The notes under the pieces were generated by a model. It did not search any database. It was not told where the DNA came from and worked only from the letters and a program-made list of their open reading frames with translations. Positions 9,271-18,846 of a stretch of 64,000 nucleotides of DNA are shown here, piece after piece (the stretch's first letter is position 1; every line of letters starts with the position of its first letter). Where the stretch lies: positions 27,693 to 91,692 of the forward strand of contig CAVONX010000021.1 in assembly GCA_963697395.1 (NCBI GenBank), in the 5' to 3' direction. The position numbers and the translations under genes were made by a program. This DNA is from an uncultured Flavobacteriaceae bacterium. GTDB taxonomy: Bacteria; Bacteroidota; Bacteroidia; Flavobacteriales; Flavobacteriaceae.

Positions 9271-10004
9271 AGGCACTTATTGTAGAGGATAAAGCATATA
9301 TACGAAAAGGCTTATTGAGCTTTTTAGAACTTGTGGATACCGAAATAGAAGTAATCGGGGAATGCGAATCTGTTAAAGAAGCGGTTATCGTTACCAAATC
9401 GTGTAAGCCGGATTTAGTTTTTTTGGACATTAACCTAAGCGATGGTACTGGCTTTGATTTTTTAGAACAAACAGAAAATCAAGATTTTAAAGTTATTTTC
9501 ATTACTGCATATGAAGAGTATGCGCTTAGGGCATTGAAAATAGGTGCGGTTGACTACCTCTTAAAACCTGTAGATATTGATGAGCTTAAAGCTGCCTTAG
9601 AAAAAGTAACAAATCTACCCTTATTAGAGCAGAAACAACAAATCAAGACTGCAAGACAAATGTATGAAAATCAAGATGATATATTGATTTTGTCACTTCA
9701 AGATACGTTTCAAATTATAGATTTAAAAGAATTGGTATTTTGCGAATCCGATAAGGGTTACACTACGTTTCACCTTGATAATGGAAAAAAATATTTGGCA
9801 TCCAAGCCCTTAAAAGAGTTTGAAGAGCAGCTCATGAAACAGTCTTTTACGAGACCACATCAATCTTTTATGGTGAATTTAAAGTACGTGGATAAGTATG
9901 AAAAATCAGGTACGATTTATTTGAAAAATGGTAAAAAAATACCCGTTTCAACGCGGAAGAAAGAGGACTTCATAACCCGTCTTTTTACTTGGAATAAAAA
10001 ATAA
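9267..10004 (+). CDS. LytTR-family response regulator
   Basis: 245 aa. It has a receiver (acceptor Asp in LVFLDINLSDG, K in LLKPV) and a C-terminal LytTR-type DNA-binding domain. An ATGA start/stop overlap couples it to the preceding kinase gene. Confidence 0.9.
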   Translation: MKALIVEDKAYIRKGLLSFLELVDTEIEVIGECESVKEAVIVTKSCKPDLVFLDINLSDGTGFDFLEQTENQDFKVIFITAYEEYALRALKIGAVDYLLKPVDIDELKAALEKVTNLPLLEQKQQIKTARQMYENQDDILILSLQDTFQIIDLKELVFCESDKGYTTFHLDNGKKYLASKPLKEFEEQLMKQSFTRPHQSFMVNLKYVDKYEKSGTIYLKNGKKIPVSTRKKEDFITRLFTWNKK

Positions 10005-10197
10005 TATTCCCACTTGGCTAAGAGCGTATAACCGTTCTTAAAAACTGAAAAGCAGTCAATTACATCCTTCCTTAAAATCGAATATACATTCGAAACCCTC
10101 ATTTGTGCCTTAGTAATTTGCGCAAATGGGTTTGCTATTTCCTATAGTTATTATCCTATTTAGATTTGGAATCTTCAAATCTTTAAACAATTAAATA

Positions 10198-10410
10198 ATG
10201 GAACAGATAAAATCAAAATTAGGTAAAGGTGGTTTGGTATTGGGAGCAATGGGTATCATGTCTATCCTGCTGTCAATTTTTAACTACAATATCAGACTTC
10301 TTGCCTGGGTAGACTTTTGGGGCAACACAATGGGTTGGATAATTAGAATCCTACTAATCCTTGGTGGAGGTGCCTTATACTGGTTTTTTGGAAATACTGA
10401 GGAGGAATAA
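10198..10410 (+). CDS. small membrane protein (70 aa, two TM helices)
   Basis: Two hydrophobic helices are present (GGLVLGAMGIMSILLSIF and WIIRILLILGGGALYWFF). No family recognised. Confidence 0.5.
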   Translation: MEQIKSKLGKGGLVLGAMGIMSILLSIFNYNIRLLAWVDFWGNTMGWIIRILLILGGGALYWFFGNTEEE

Positions 10411-10426
10411 ATTAAACGACAAAAAG

Positions 10427-10993
10427 ATGAAAACAATAAAATCAATAGTACTAATGGCATGTTTAGCAGTGATGACATCTTGTGGTGGTGGCGCCAGTAA
10501 ACAATCTGCGGATGCTGAGGGCTTCAGGGCCATAGAAGAAGAATTAAATAGTGAATTTGGCGAGAATGCCTATTACACCGACTTCACCCTAACCTACGAT
10601 AAATCAATTGGTAATATTATAACGGTAACCGTCACGGAAGACCCTACTTCGCTTAAAATGGGCCAATGGATTAATTCACAGAGTACTTGGACCCAGAATT
10701 CGGAAATATCTCTTGAAGTGCCTGAGGGAAGTCAAGCGAAGGATTTTATGTTTCAATTCGGGGAAACGATTAATCTTACCAAACTCGGTGGCATCGTAGA
10801 AAAGTCGATGCAACAATTAAAAGATGAAAAAGACCTTGAAAATCCAACATTAAGTATGGCGGGTTTAAATTTTCCGGATAACGGCGATATATCCAAAGCC
10901 GAATATATGATTAACCTGAAACCGGAAAATGGAGGAACTACCTTTCGTTTTTACTACAAATTAAATGGAGATCTAGTTAAAATGGATTACTAG
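10427..10993 (+). CDS. lipoprotein, unknown function
   Basis: Signal peptide with lipobox MKTIKSIVLMACLAVMTSC|GGG. I moved the start to the internal ATG at 10427 because the track start (10361) overlaps the preceding ORF. Confidence 0.7.
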   Translation: MKTIKSIVLMACLAVMTSCGGGASKQSADAEGFRAIEEELNSEFGENAYYTDFTLTYDKSIGNIITVTVTEDPTSLKMGQWINSQSTWTQNSEISLEVPEGSQAKDFMFQFGETINLTKLGGIVEKSMQQLKDEKDLENPTLSMAGLNFPDNGDISKAEYMINLKPENGGTTFRFYYKLNGDLVKMDY

Positions 10994-11032
10994 AACTGTT
11001 ATAAAATTCTAACAATATTTAACCCCAATACC

Positions 11033-12280
11033 ATGAAAAAATTATTTAAATCAACCCATTTAGTGTCGCTAGCTTTATTATTTACAGTTTTTAGCTGTAA
11101 CAATGATGATGGTGAAGTTGTCGCAACAAGTACTGAAATAAACCTAGAAGATTTAGCCGTAACCATTGATGAAAACCCCACCGAAGGTCAGTTAGTTGGC
11201 ACGGTGCTAACCGATGGCAGCGGGACCTTAAGTTTTAGCATAACATCGCAAACGCCGGTCGGAGCTTTAAGTATAGCATCTGGTACCGGGGAATTAACGG
11301 TTGCCAATGCCGCTTTATTCGATTTTGAAACGAACCCCGTAATTACCGCGAGTGTTACGGTTGTAAATGCCGCGAGCCCTGCCACCGTGACTATTAACCT
11401 AGCCAACATTAATGAAGCCAGTGTTCAGGATTTGACCGTGGCAATTGATGAAAACCCAACCAATGGGCAAGTACTTGGAACCGTGCCCACGGGCACAAGC
11501 GGAACTTCAAATTTCAGTATTGCATCCCAAAGCCCAGCAGGGGCAATGAGTATAGATACCAATACAGGCGAATTGACCGTAGCAGATGTCTCGGTATTCG
11601 ATTTTGAAACGAACCCCGTAATTACTGCCAGTGTTACCGTTGAAGATGCTGTGAGCCCTGCTACGGTAACCATTAATCTTAACGATTTAAATGAAACGCC
11701 AATTGTAGCCATTCCGGGAGCTACGGATACGGAGTTCGTTATTGGTACTGATGCTTTTGTTACTCCTAAAGCATACATTTTATTAGATGATGCTGCAGGT
11801 GGTTATGAACGTGAATTCTCATTTGTTTTTACAGATGGTGCCGTAATAGAGGATGCAGCCAATGGTATCGCTTTTGAGACTGCGACCACTCATTTTACAA
11901 AGATTACATGTAATTTGATTGCTACTTCTGCAACGCAAGCGCAACTTCCCATTTTTGTTTGGCCCGTTCAAAATCCTTCCACATCGATCATTATGGAGGG
12001 TAATAATTTCACAAATACGTCCATCACCTCATTTAATGATATCGCTAGCGTTGGCGGCGTGTCTTTTGGTCAAGTTGATACCTCCATCAACTATTCGCAT
12101 ACGGGTCAGGCTCAAGGAAGCATTAGCCATCTAACGCATTTATTTACTGTAAATAGCATAACAGTTGATTTAGCTGCTGGAACAGGTACGATCGATTGTA
12201 CGTATTTCTATGAAGATGACAATAATGTAAGCATCAGCGGGGTCTACATCGGTACGTACGAAATTCTTACTGCATTTTAA
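11033..12280 (+). CDS. cadherin-like-repeat lipoprotein (2 repeats plus a unique C-terminal domain)
   Basis: 415 aa with lipobox LFTVFSC|NNDD. It has two ~95-aa repeats with a cadherin-type pattern: L.V.IDENP..GQ.VGTV...FSI.SQ.P.GA.SI...TGELTVA....FDFETNPVITA.VTV. An unrelated ~200-aa C-terminal domain follows. Confidence 0.75.
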   Translation: MKKLFKSTHLVSLALLFTVFSCNNDDGEVVATSTEINLEDLAVTIDENPTEGQLVGTVLTDGSGTLSFSITSQTPVGALSIASGTGELTVANAALFDFETNPVITASVTVVNAASPATVTINLANINEASVQDLTVAIDENPTNGQVLGTVPTGTSGTSNFSIASQSPAGAMSIDTNTGELTVADVSVFDFETNPVITASVTVEDAVSPATVTINLNDLNETPIVAIPGATDTEFVIGTDAFVTPKAYILLDDAAGGYEREFSFVFTDGAVIEDAANGIAFETATTHFTKITCNLIATSATQAQLPIFVWPVQNPSTSIIMEGNNFTNTSITSFNDIASVGGVSFGQVDTSINYSHTGQAQGSISHLTHLFTVNSITVDLAAGTGTIDCTYFYEDDNNVSISGVYIGTYEILTAF

Positions 12281-12408
12281 ACCTTTCTTAGGGAGTATAT
12301 GCTAGTGTAAAGCGCGCATTTCCGCTATTCTGATGAAACAAAATTAGTGTTAATCCAAATGAATTTATAGCATAATAAAAAACCAAACATCTTTAAAACC
12401 TCAAAACC

Positions 12409-14217
12409 ATGAACAAATTATTTAAATCATCCCATTTATTGATACTGGCTTTACTATTTACAGCATTTAGCTGTAACAATGATGATGGTGAAGTTGTCGC
12501 AACAATTACTGAAATAAACCTAGAAGATTTAGCCGTAACTATTGACGAAAATCCTTCCAACGGATTTGCAGTCGGAACGGTGCTAACCGATGGCAGCGGG
12601 ACCTTAAGTTTTAGCATAACATCGCAAACGCCGGCCGGAGCTTTAAATATAGCATCTGGCACCGGAGAATTAACGGTTGCCAATGCCGCTTTATTCGATT
12701 TTGAAACGAACCCCGTAATTACCGCGAGTGTTACGGTTGTAAATGCCGTGAACCCGGCCACCGTAACTATTAACCTAACCAACATTAATGAAGCCAGTGT
12801 TCAAGATTTGACCGTTGCAATAGATGAAAATCCAACCAATGGGCAAGTACTTGGAACCGTGCCCACGGGCACAAGCGGAACTTCAAATTTTAGTATTGCA
12901 TCCCAAAGCCCAGCAGGGGCATTGAGTATAGATACCAATACAGGCGAATTGACCGTAGCGGATGCATCGGTATTCGATTTTGAAACAAATCCTGTTATTA
13001 CTGCGAGTGTTTTGGTAGATGACGCTGAAAACCCAGCTACCGTAAACATTAACCTTACAAATGTAAATGAGTTGAGTGCTCAAGATTTGATGGTAGCTCT
13101 AGATGAAAACCCAACTGATGGACAAGTTGTTGGGGCTATTCAAGTATCTGGTGGTGGAACATTAAATTTTAGTATCATTACTCAAACACCAGCCGCCGCT
13201 TTAGCTATAAATGCTAGTACTGGAGAAATTACCGTAGCGGACCCTAACGTATTTGATTTTGAAACAAACCCTGTGATGACCGCAACGATTCAAGTTGAGG
13301 ACGCTACAGATACAACAACTACAATGGTTACCGTTAATCTTAATGATGTAGATGAAATAACGGTTCAAAATTTAACTGCGGATATAGATGAAAATCCTAC
13401 AAGTGGTCAAGTTATTGGAACTATTCAGGCAAGTAGCTCAGGAAGTCTAAGCTATGCGATAACCTTTCAATCTACCGCGGGTGCTTTAAGTATAGATCAA
13501 ACTACAGGAGAAATAACAGTTGCAGATGCGAGCTTATTTGATTTTGAAACAACTCCGAGTATGTTCGCGACTATTTCTGTAGATAACGGTGTTTATTCCG
13601 TAAGTGCAACTGCTACGATTACTATTAATGATGTAGATAATATTGCAGCGCTTTTATCAACTTCTCTATCAAATTACAATGCCGCAAGTACAGGAGATTG
13701 GATTATTGTAACAGAGGCAGAATATGATAATTTAGCTAATAATCTAAATAATATTACAAGAGCAGGAACAACAGTTGCAGAATATAGCAATACATATTCT
13801 TCTCAAACTACTGGCGCCTATATATTTTCAAATTTCACCAACACTGCATTAATACCAAATAATGGTTATATAATCGCTTTTAAATATAAAGTTTATATTG
13901 CAACCAATAAAACAGGTGTTAAAATTAAGCAATCTAGTACAGCAAATAACAATGGTTTCTCGGATGTAGGAAACGCATTACCATCACATTCTGGTTCTTC
14001 CCAAGATATCTTTTTTGTGTTAAAGGGCAATAATACGCCTGTTACTGCAAATGGTTATTTAGGGTTTGATCAACCTGGAGGTAGTATGTTTTTATTTAAT
14101 ATTACGTCAGGTACTGGTGCATATTGGGGTTCGTCTAATGCTTCAAATTTAAATGGTCAATTTCCTAGTCAAAAGGTATTTTATCAAGGTTTAAGTACAA
14201 CGCAAATGCAATGGTAA
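12409..14217 (+). CDS. cadherin-like-repeat lipoprotein (4 repeats plus a different unique C-terminal domain)
   Basis: 602 aa with lipobox LFTAFSC|NNDD. It has four cadherin-like repeats, and the first ~215 aa are almost identical to 11033..12280. The C-terminal ~190 aa (IAALLSTSLSNYNAAS...QMQW) are unrelated to the neighbour. Confidence 0.75.
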   Translation: MNKLFKSSHLLILALLFTAFSCNNDDGEVVATITEINLEDLAVTIDENPSNGFAVGTVLTDGSGTLSFSITSQTPAGALNIASGTGELTVANAALFDFETNPVITASVTVVNAVNPATVTINLTNINEASVQDLTVAIDENPTNGQVLGTVPTGTSGTSNFSIASQSPAGALSIDTNTGELTVADASVFDFETNPVITASVLVDDAENPATVNINLTNVNELSAQDLMVALDENPTDGQVVGAIQVSGGGTLNFSIITQTPAAALAINASTGEITVADPNVFDFETNPVMTATIQVEDATDTTTTMVTVNLNDVDEITVQNLTADIDENPTSGQVIGTIQASSSGSLSYAITFQSTAGALSIDQTTGEITVADASLFDFETTPSMFATISVDNGVYSVSATATITINDVDNIAALLSTSLSNYNAASTGDWIIVTEAEYDNLANNLNNITRAGTTVAEYSNTYSSQTTGAYIFSNFTNTALIPNNGYIIAFKYKVYIATNKTGVKIKQSSTANNNGFSDVGNALPSHSGSSQDIFFVLKGNNTPVTANGYLGFDQPGGSMFLFNITSGTGAYWGSSNASNLNGQFPSQKVFYQGLSTTQMQW

Positions 14218-14269
14218 TCATAAGGTTGTATTAACCTCTAGTGTAGTCTTAACTTTAAGGAATTTATAA

Positions 14270-14316
14270 AAACAAAGAGCTGCGTCCAGCTGTAAACGGT
14301 GAGTGGCTCTTTGTTT
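14270..14316 (+). terminator. stem-loop downstream of the cadherin-like genes
   Basis: An 11-bp perfect stem, AAACAAAGAGC (14270-14280) pairing with GCTCTTTGTTT (14306-14316), encloses a 25-nt loop. It lies 53 nt after the stop at 14217. The 3' arm supplies the T-run. Confidence 0.5.
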
Positions 14317-14693
14317 AAAACTTACCGATTAAATATTCTTAAAATCGTTAACAACAATATATTTAATGCAATAAAGCGATTGTTATCCTATTTAAGTCCA
14401 TCATAAAAATGAGCAAATTTTTTAAATCACTCTACTATTACGCAATCAACTCGCTATTATTTTTATACTGTAATTTTTCCAACGGATTATGTCTTGAAAA
14501 AGAAGAAGACATAGCTTAGTCAATCTATCTAACATTTGCTGGCGTCAATCATGGGGAACAATAATCTGGAAACCATTTTTGATAGGTCAGAATTTCAAAA
14601 TTACATGGAGGGATTAAAATATCTTAAAGATATAATGGTTTTAAAATTAGCTAAAATCCTAGTTTATTATGATATGGCTTTTATAAAGCATCA

Positions 14694-15035
14694 ATGAAAA
14701 CCTTAAAACTACTGATATCCTACCTACTATGGATAGCAATTGCGTTGCTATTGGGTATTTGTCATATGTATATTGTTTTAGGACCTAGAGAAACGGGCAG
14801 CAATTTTTTACAAGTGATAGGCAATCTATTCTATGATTATGCTTTGGTTCATGTAGGGGTGTATGTTGGTGCAATTATAGCTGTAGCATTTGTTATTGTT
14901 GATGTTATCTATTTGAAAAAGAGACTAAAGAGCATTAAAAAACCAACCCTGATACGGTTAATAGTTCTTGTCTCAATTGCTATTATCATAGGCATTACGC
15001 ATTATGTTTTAGAAAAAGTTATAGATGTTATTTAG
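14694..15035 (+). CDS. small integral membrane protein (113 aa)
   Basis: Three to four hydrophobic helices. No family recognised. Confidence 0.55.
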   Translation: MKTLKLLISYLLWIAIALLLGICHMYIVLGPRETGSNFLQVIGNLFYDYALVHVGVYVGAIIAVAFVIVDVIYLKKRLKSIKKPTLIRLIVLVSIAIIIGITHYVLEKVIDVI

Positions 15036-15079
15036 TGAAAAATTACACCCATCAATGAAAAATATAAAGTACGTGAGTT

Positions 15080-16387
15080 ATGGAAAAAAAGAAACCATCT
15101 AAAAGAAGACAAAAAATGAAGTTCTTAACCATTCTTAGTACCCTTTTACTATGTGTTTTCACGACAAATAGCAAAGCCCAACAACCTGGAGTGCAGCCCG
15201 CACGAGATGCCACGGGGATATCGCTCAGTGATATAAAAAGGGAAATAGCTAGATTTAAAAAAGAGGTGGAGATTACCAAAACTAGAAATCTGCCATTACT
15301 AGTCGATACCAATTTTGATAGTTTTATTGATGAAGCTGACTACAATGCTGTCGATGTAAAAGCTTTAAAACTAGATGGTATCGTACATCATAATTTCAAT
15401 AAAGACATCCATAGTTATAAGGCAATTGCTTCTTATAAAATCAGGTTTTCAGAAGACTTTTATTCCATAGTGGTCACCGTTATAAAAAAGGATACTAAAA
15501 TGGAATCCATACTCATTAATTATACGTTGGATGGGGATTACATAGCCAGTATTCTAGTGGCTTATGATGAATTAGATGAAAATACAACAAGAACTCAATC
15601 TAAAATAACTCAGAGTAGTATTATTAGAAACCACATTTCAAAAGAAGATGGGGAAGAATACAAAGCAACCTCAGTTTATAGGATAAATTCAGCCGGAGAA
15701 ATTGAAGAACTCGGTCCAGAAGAAGTTCTAGTGGAGAATGTAATACAGCAATTAGGTCTGGAAAATGACAACCTAAACAGGGAATTGATAACTACTAAAG
15801 TTAATCCATCAAATAAGCAAGAAACCATTATGGTAATTCCAGAGTATGCTGAAAAAATCGAAGAAGAATCCTATTATGAATTAAACGGCCATATTGTGCT
15901 AGTCAATAATCAGACAGGTACCATTACCCATAAATATTACGAAAGCTCCGAAACCAATGGCTGGATATCGGATGCCATACATCTCACAGAAATAACGATA
16001 GATACGGCACCTTACAATGTTGCAAAAGATACAAGGGCCTTTGGGGTTCGAGTCAATTATAATGGATCATCTAGTGCAAACCCCTACAGGAACGAAACCA
16101 TCTCCTTATTTGTAAAATCTGGGGATACCTTAAAAAATGTTCTCCATAATTTTGAGGTTACGAAATACGGTGGTGAATGGGACACCAACTGTGCAGGAGA
16201 GTTTACTGAAGAAGAAAAGATGCTCAGTATCTCTGATAAACTGAGCAATGGGTTTTTTGATATCATGGTTAAAAGTACTATCACGTATAGTGTAGATTAT
16301 GTGCCAGAAAATGGTGATTGTGAGTCCGAAAAAGATGTTACTCTTAAGAAAACCAGCCTGAAATTTGATGGCGAAACCTATACATAA
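15080..16387 (+). CDS. secreted protein of unknown function (N-terminal domain shared with 18847..20415)
   Basis: 435 aa with a signal peptide (MKFLTILSTLLLCVFTTNSKAQQ). The alternative start is ATG 15116. The block HSYKAIASYKIRFSEDFYSIVVTVIKKDTKMESILINY...ILVAYDE aligns with HSYKFLPSYKLELSDAYYTIVLNVFKGEHELESVLINY...VVLAYDE in 18847..20415. Confidence 0.65.
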   Translation: MEKKKPSKRRQKMKFLTILSTLLLCVFTTNSKAQQPGVQPARDATGISLSDIKREIARFKKEVEITKTRNLPLLVDTNFDSFIDEADYNAVDVKALKLDGIVHHNFNKDIHSYKAIASYKIRFSEDFYSIVVTVIKKDTKMESILINYTLDGDYIASILVAYDELDENTTRTQSKITQSSIIRNHISKEDGEEYKATSVYRINSAGEIEELGPEEVLVENVIQQLGLENDNLNRELITTKVNPSNKQETIMVIPEYAEKIEEESYYELNGHIVLVNNQTGTITHKYYESSETNGWISDAIHLTEITIDTAPYNVAKDTRAFGVRVNYNGSSSANPYRNETISLFVKSGDTLKNVLHNFEVTKYGGEWDTNCAGEFTEEEKMLSISDKLSNGFFDIMVKSTITYSVDYVPENGDCESEKDVTLKKTSLKFDGETYT

Positions 16388-16424
16388 ATAAATTAAAACG
16401 GCACTAGCTATATTTTGTGTCTGT

Positions 16425-16814
16425 ATGATGATATCTCTCGCAGCACAACCCTCCATGGTTGGTAAAACATTTAAAGCCAAAATTGGCTTGATCAGTGAAG
16501 AAGTCTTAGGTGATGCTACTTGCGCTGGACATCAAATTTATATGGAACTCTATTTTGAAGAAGAACAAGTAAATATAATTGAAATAACTGTTAATGGTTG
16601 TGGTGAAAGTACTTCAGAAATGATAGATGCCTTTACGTGGCATTGGGCAAAAGACGAACATTGAACCATTGTTTTAGAAGACTTGCAAAGAACAAAGCAT
16701 ACCATTATAGAAAATGTTAGGCTTACGATGCGCAATGATACGCTCAAAGACGAAAAGCTAAATGAAAAAGGAATTGTTGAACAGGAATACCGCTTTTCCG
16801 AAAATAGTGAATAA
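16425..16814 (+). pseudogene. small secreted-protein gene interrupted by an in-frame TGA (or two unrelated short ORFs)
   Basis: The track ORF 16425..16664 ends at TGA 16662-16664. The same frame stays open for 49 more codons (TIVLEDLQRTKHTIIENVRLTMRNDTLKDEKLNEKGIVEQEYRFSENSE) to TAA 16812-16814. A signal-peptide-like stretch (IKTALAIFCVCMMISLAAQ) precedes the ATG in frame. Confidence 0.3.
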
Positions 16815-16827
16815 TTAAGCAACATTC

Positions 16828-17567
16828 GTGGTTAAAATTAAAATCAAAAGAACACTATCCTACTGGCTTTTGCCATTAGCGATTTATTGTACAATGGTCC
16901 AAACAATAGATATTGATGCTAAGCCATGCTTTAAAAAGGCAGTTATGGTTACTACAATTTCCACAAGATTTTGAATTTAAAAAGGACACTACGGGCTTTC
17001 TCAACTTTTGAAAATTCAAAATTCTCATCTAAAAAATGGAGATGCTAATGTATTTTCTATAGATGTCAAAAATGTTCATTTGGTTGATTTTAGTAATGAC
17101 GGTATAAAGGATATTGTTTATCAAGACCAACGATTCATGACATTGCCACTGTTCTTTTTGCAAATAACGGTACCGATTTCATTGAAATATGGAACGGCCC
17201 TAGTAAACCAATTACCATTACAGAAGGGGAAAAAACCACCATTGCGGTATATAACCCGTATGTGGGCTGTATAGAAATAAATTTGCTTTTTGAGCTTACC
17301 GTTGGCGCTCATAATGAAATAACGGAGAACCTACTGAGTTACCACCATACTACCCAAATAAATACACTAGATACAGTCTTTAAACAAAAAGTAGTTTCGG
17401 GTGTTTTAAGGACAACCCCATACCTAGATAATTTTGAAACAGAAGACCCATGTACCGGTGAACTAAGACCTGGCAATCAAATACGGACCATAGAAAACCA
17501 AGGCGTAACTGTAATCAAAGAAAAGGGCAATTGGTTATTGGTTGTTTCAACAATTTTAAAAGTATAA
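16828..17567 (+). pseudogene. multiply disrupted gene for a secreted protein with an FG-GAP/VCBS-like segment
   Basis: A signal-peptide-like start (GTG 16828: VKIKIKRTLSYWLLPLAIYCTMVQT) runs into TGA 16972 and TAA 16978. Coding-looking sequence then continues in other frames: LLQFPQDFEFKKDTTGFLNF, then LKNGDANVFSIDVKNVHLVDFSNDGIKDIVYQDQ. From about 17130 a third frame without an ATG reads IHDIATVLFANNGTDFIEIWNGPSKPITITEGEKTTIAVYNPYVGCIEIN...NWLLVVS. The gene therefore has at least three disruptions. Confidence 0.45.
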
Positions 17568-17583
17568 TAGAAGACAGTTTTAA

Positions 17584-17867
17584 ATGAAACTTATAGATGA
17601 CAAAATGATAACCAGACTTAAAATTCAAAAAGGAGTATTTTTTTTGATGCGGATTTAGAAGAAGACACAGCCCTTATACTTGAAGATAACTTACAATTTT
17701 CTGGACACAAATTCATCATTTATATAAGTAGTCAAAAGAATACCTATGAGGTAGATTTAATCAGTTGGCAAGAAACGAGTGTGTTTTCAGTTCAAATCAA
17801 AATAAGAAATATGTTATTTAATTTGGGTATTGCGAAGATGGTACTACGGCTTTTAGAATACGTATAA
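17584..17867 (+). pseudogene. small ORF frameshifted at a T8 homopolymer
   Basis: The ORF MKLIDDKMITRLKIQKGVFF runs into the T8 run at 17638-17645. With one extra T the frame would continue as DADLEEDTALILEDNLQFSGHKFIIYISSQKNTYEVDLISWQETSVFSVQIKIRN... to TAA 17865-17867. Confidence 0.3.
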
Positions 17868-18170
17868 AGTTAAGGTGTCAGCATAAAAACAAACAAATAT
17901 AAGTAATGGGCTATGACTTATCCTACAAGGCTTCGCTGACCTATAATAGCGATAAATCATATATTTTTTTGACCGGGAATATACTGTAAAAAGAACTACC
18001 TATGATACAGGTAAAAAGGTAAAGGTTTAAGAATATTTAGGGGAGAATGATTTTTTAAGAATACTGTTTTTATTGAAAACCTATATGAATCAATGATCAT
18101 GGATTTGGATGATGTTGGTAGTAAATGGGAGTGATATAGTTACTGCCTAAATAAATTAAAAAAATAACGC

Positions 18171-18836
18171 ATGCTTCTAGTACTACTGCTTTTTCTTTTA
18201 ATCATCCTGATTTTAGGTTTGTATTTCCTATTCAGATTAACCAGATGGATTCTCAAAAAGAAAATAAGAATAAAGTGGGCGTTTACTGTAATCCTAGTAG
18301 TTGCTTTAACCGGCGTAATTAAGGTCGTTTTTTTTACAAAAATGGAATTTATTCAGTCTAAAGTATATCCGAATCTATACCTAGTAAAAAACGCTATCAA
18401 GGATAAGGATTCCATACATCGGATAATTAAAATAAGAGTGCTAGAAGAAGTAAAGACTAAGTTTCATGATGACAATGGAGCCAATGAATTTTCAAGAAAA
18501 CTAATGGAAGAACCCCCATTCGGAATTAGTTTCTACGAATACGATACAGGAACCTTTTTTTTGATTCCGTTTGGGGATGCGGGTACTGTTCATTTTATTG
18601 AAAACAAAGAAGATTCTGAGGGATTTAGTAGTGAGGAATTGTCTCACTACAATCAATTCCGTATGGCCGAATTCAAAGTAGCATATTGTAATAGTGATAG
18701 CTTGCACTATATGGGTATACTTAAGTATTACCAAATTAGGGATGTCATTAAAACAGACACTTTATTCAACCAATGTATAATTAAAAAAGAGGAAACATAC
18801 TTTGAAGATGCTGAATCTGCATTTGACCTAAATTAA
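18171..18836 (+). CDS. membrane-anchored protein of unknown function
   Basis: 221 aa with two N-terminal TM helices (LLVLLLFLLIILILGLYFLF and WAFTVILVVALTGVIKVVFF) followed by a soluble domain. No family recognised. Confidence 0.6.
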   Translation: MLLVLLLFLLIILILGLYFLFRLTRWILKKKIRIKWAFTVILVVALTGVIKVVFFTKMEFIQSKVYPNLYLVKNAIKDKDSIHRIIKIRVLEEVKTKFHDDNGANEFSRKLMEEPPFGISFYEYDTGTFFLIPFGDAGTVHFIENKEDSEGFSSEELSHYNQFRMAEFKVAYCNSDSLHYMGILKYYQIRDVIKTDTLFNQCIIKKEETYFEDAESAFDLN

Positions 18837-18846
18837 AATAAAAAAT

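Noticed and set aside
11188-13083. Series of 66-130-aa minus-strand ORFs (11188..11409, 11425..11778, 12393..12785, 12801..13049, 12883..13083)
   Set aside because: All lie antisense to the cadherin-repeat genes and recur only because the sense repeats recur. Their translations are low-complexity (TVAGL..., VTLAVITGFVSKSN). These are shadow ORFs of Thr/Ala/Val/Asn-rich coding sequence.
16662-16664. In-frame TGA as a possible selenocysteine or read-through codon
   Set aside because: There is no convincing SECIS-like hairpin immediately downstream and no Cys-homolog context. The neighbouring genes are also broken by TAA stops and frameshifts. Decay is the simpler explanation.
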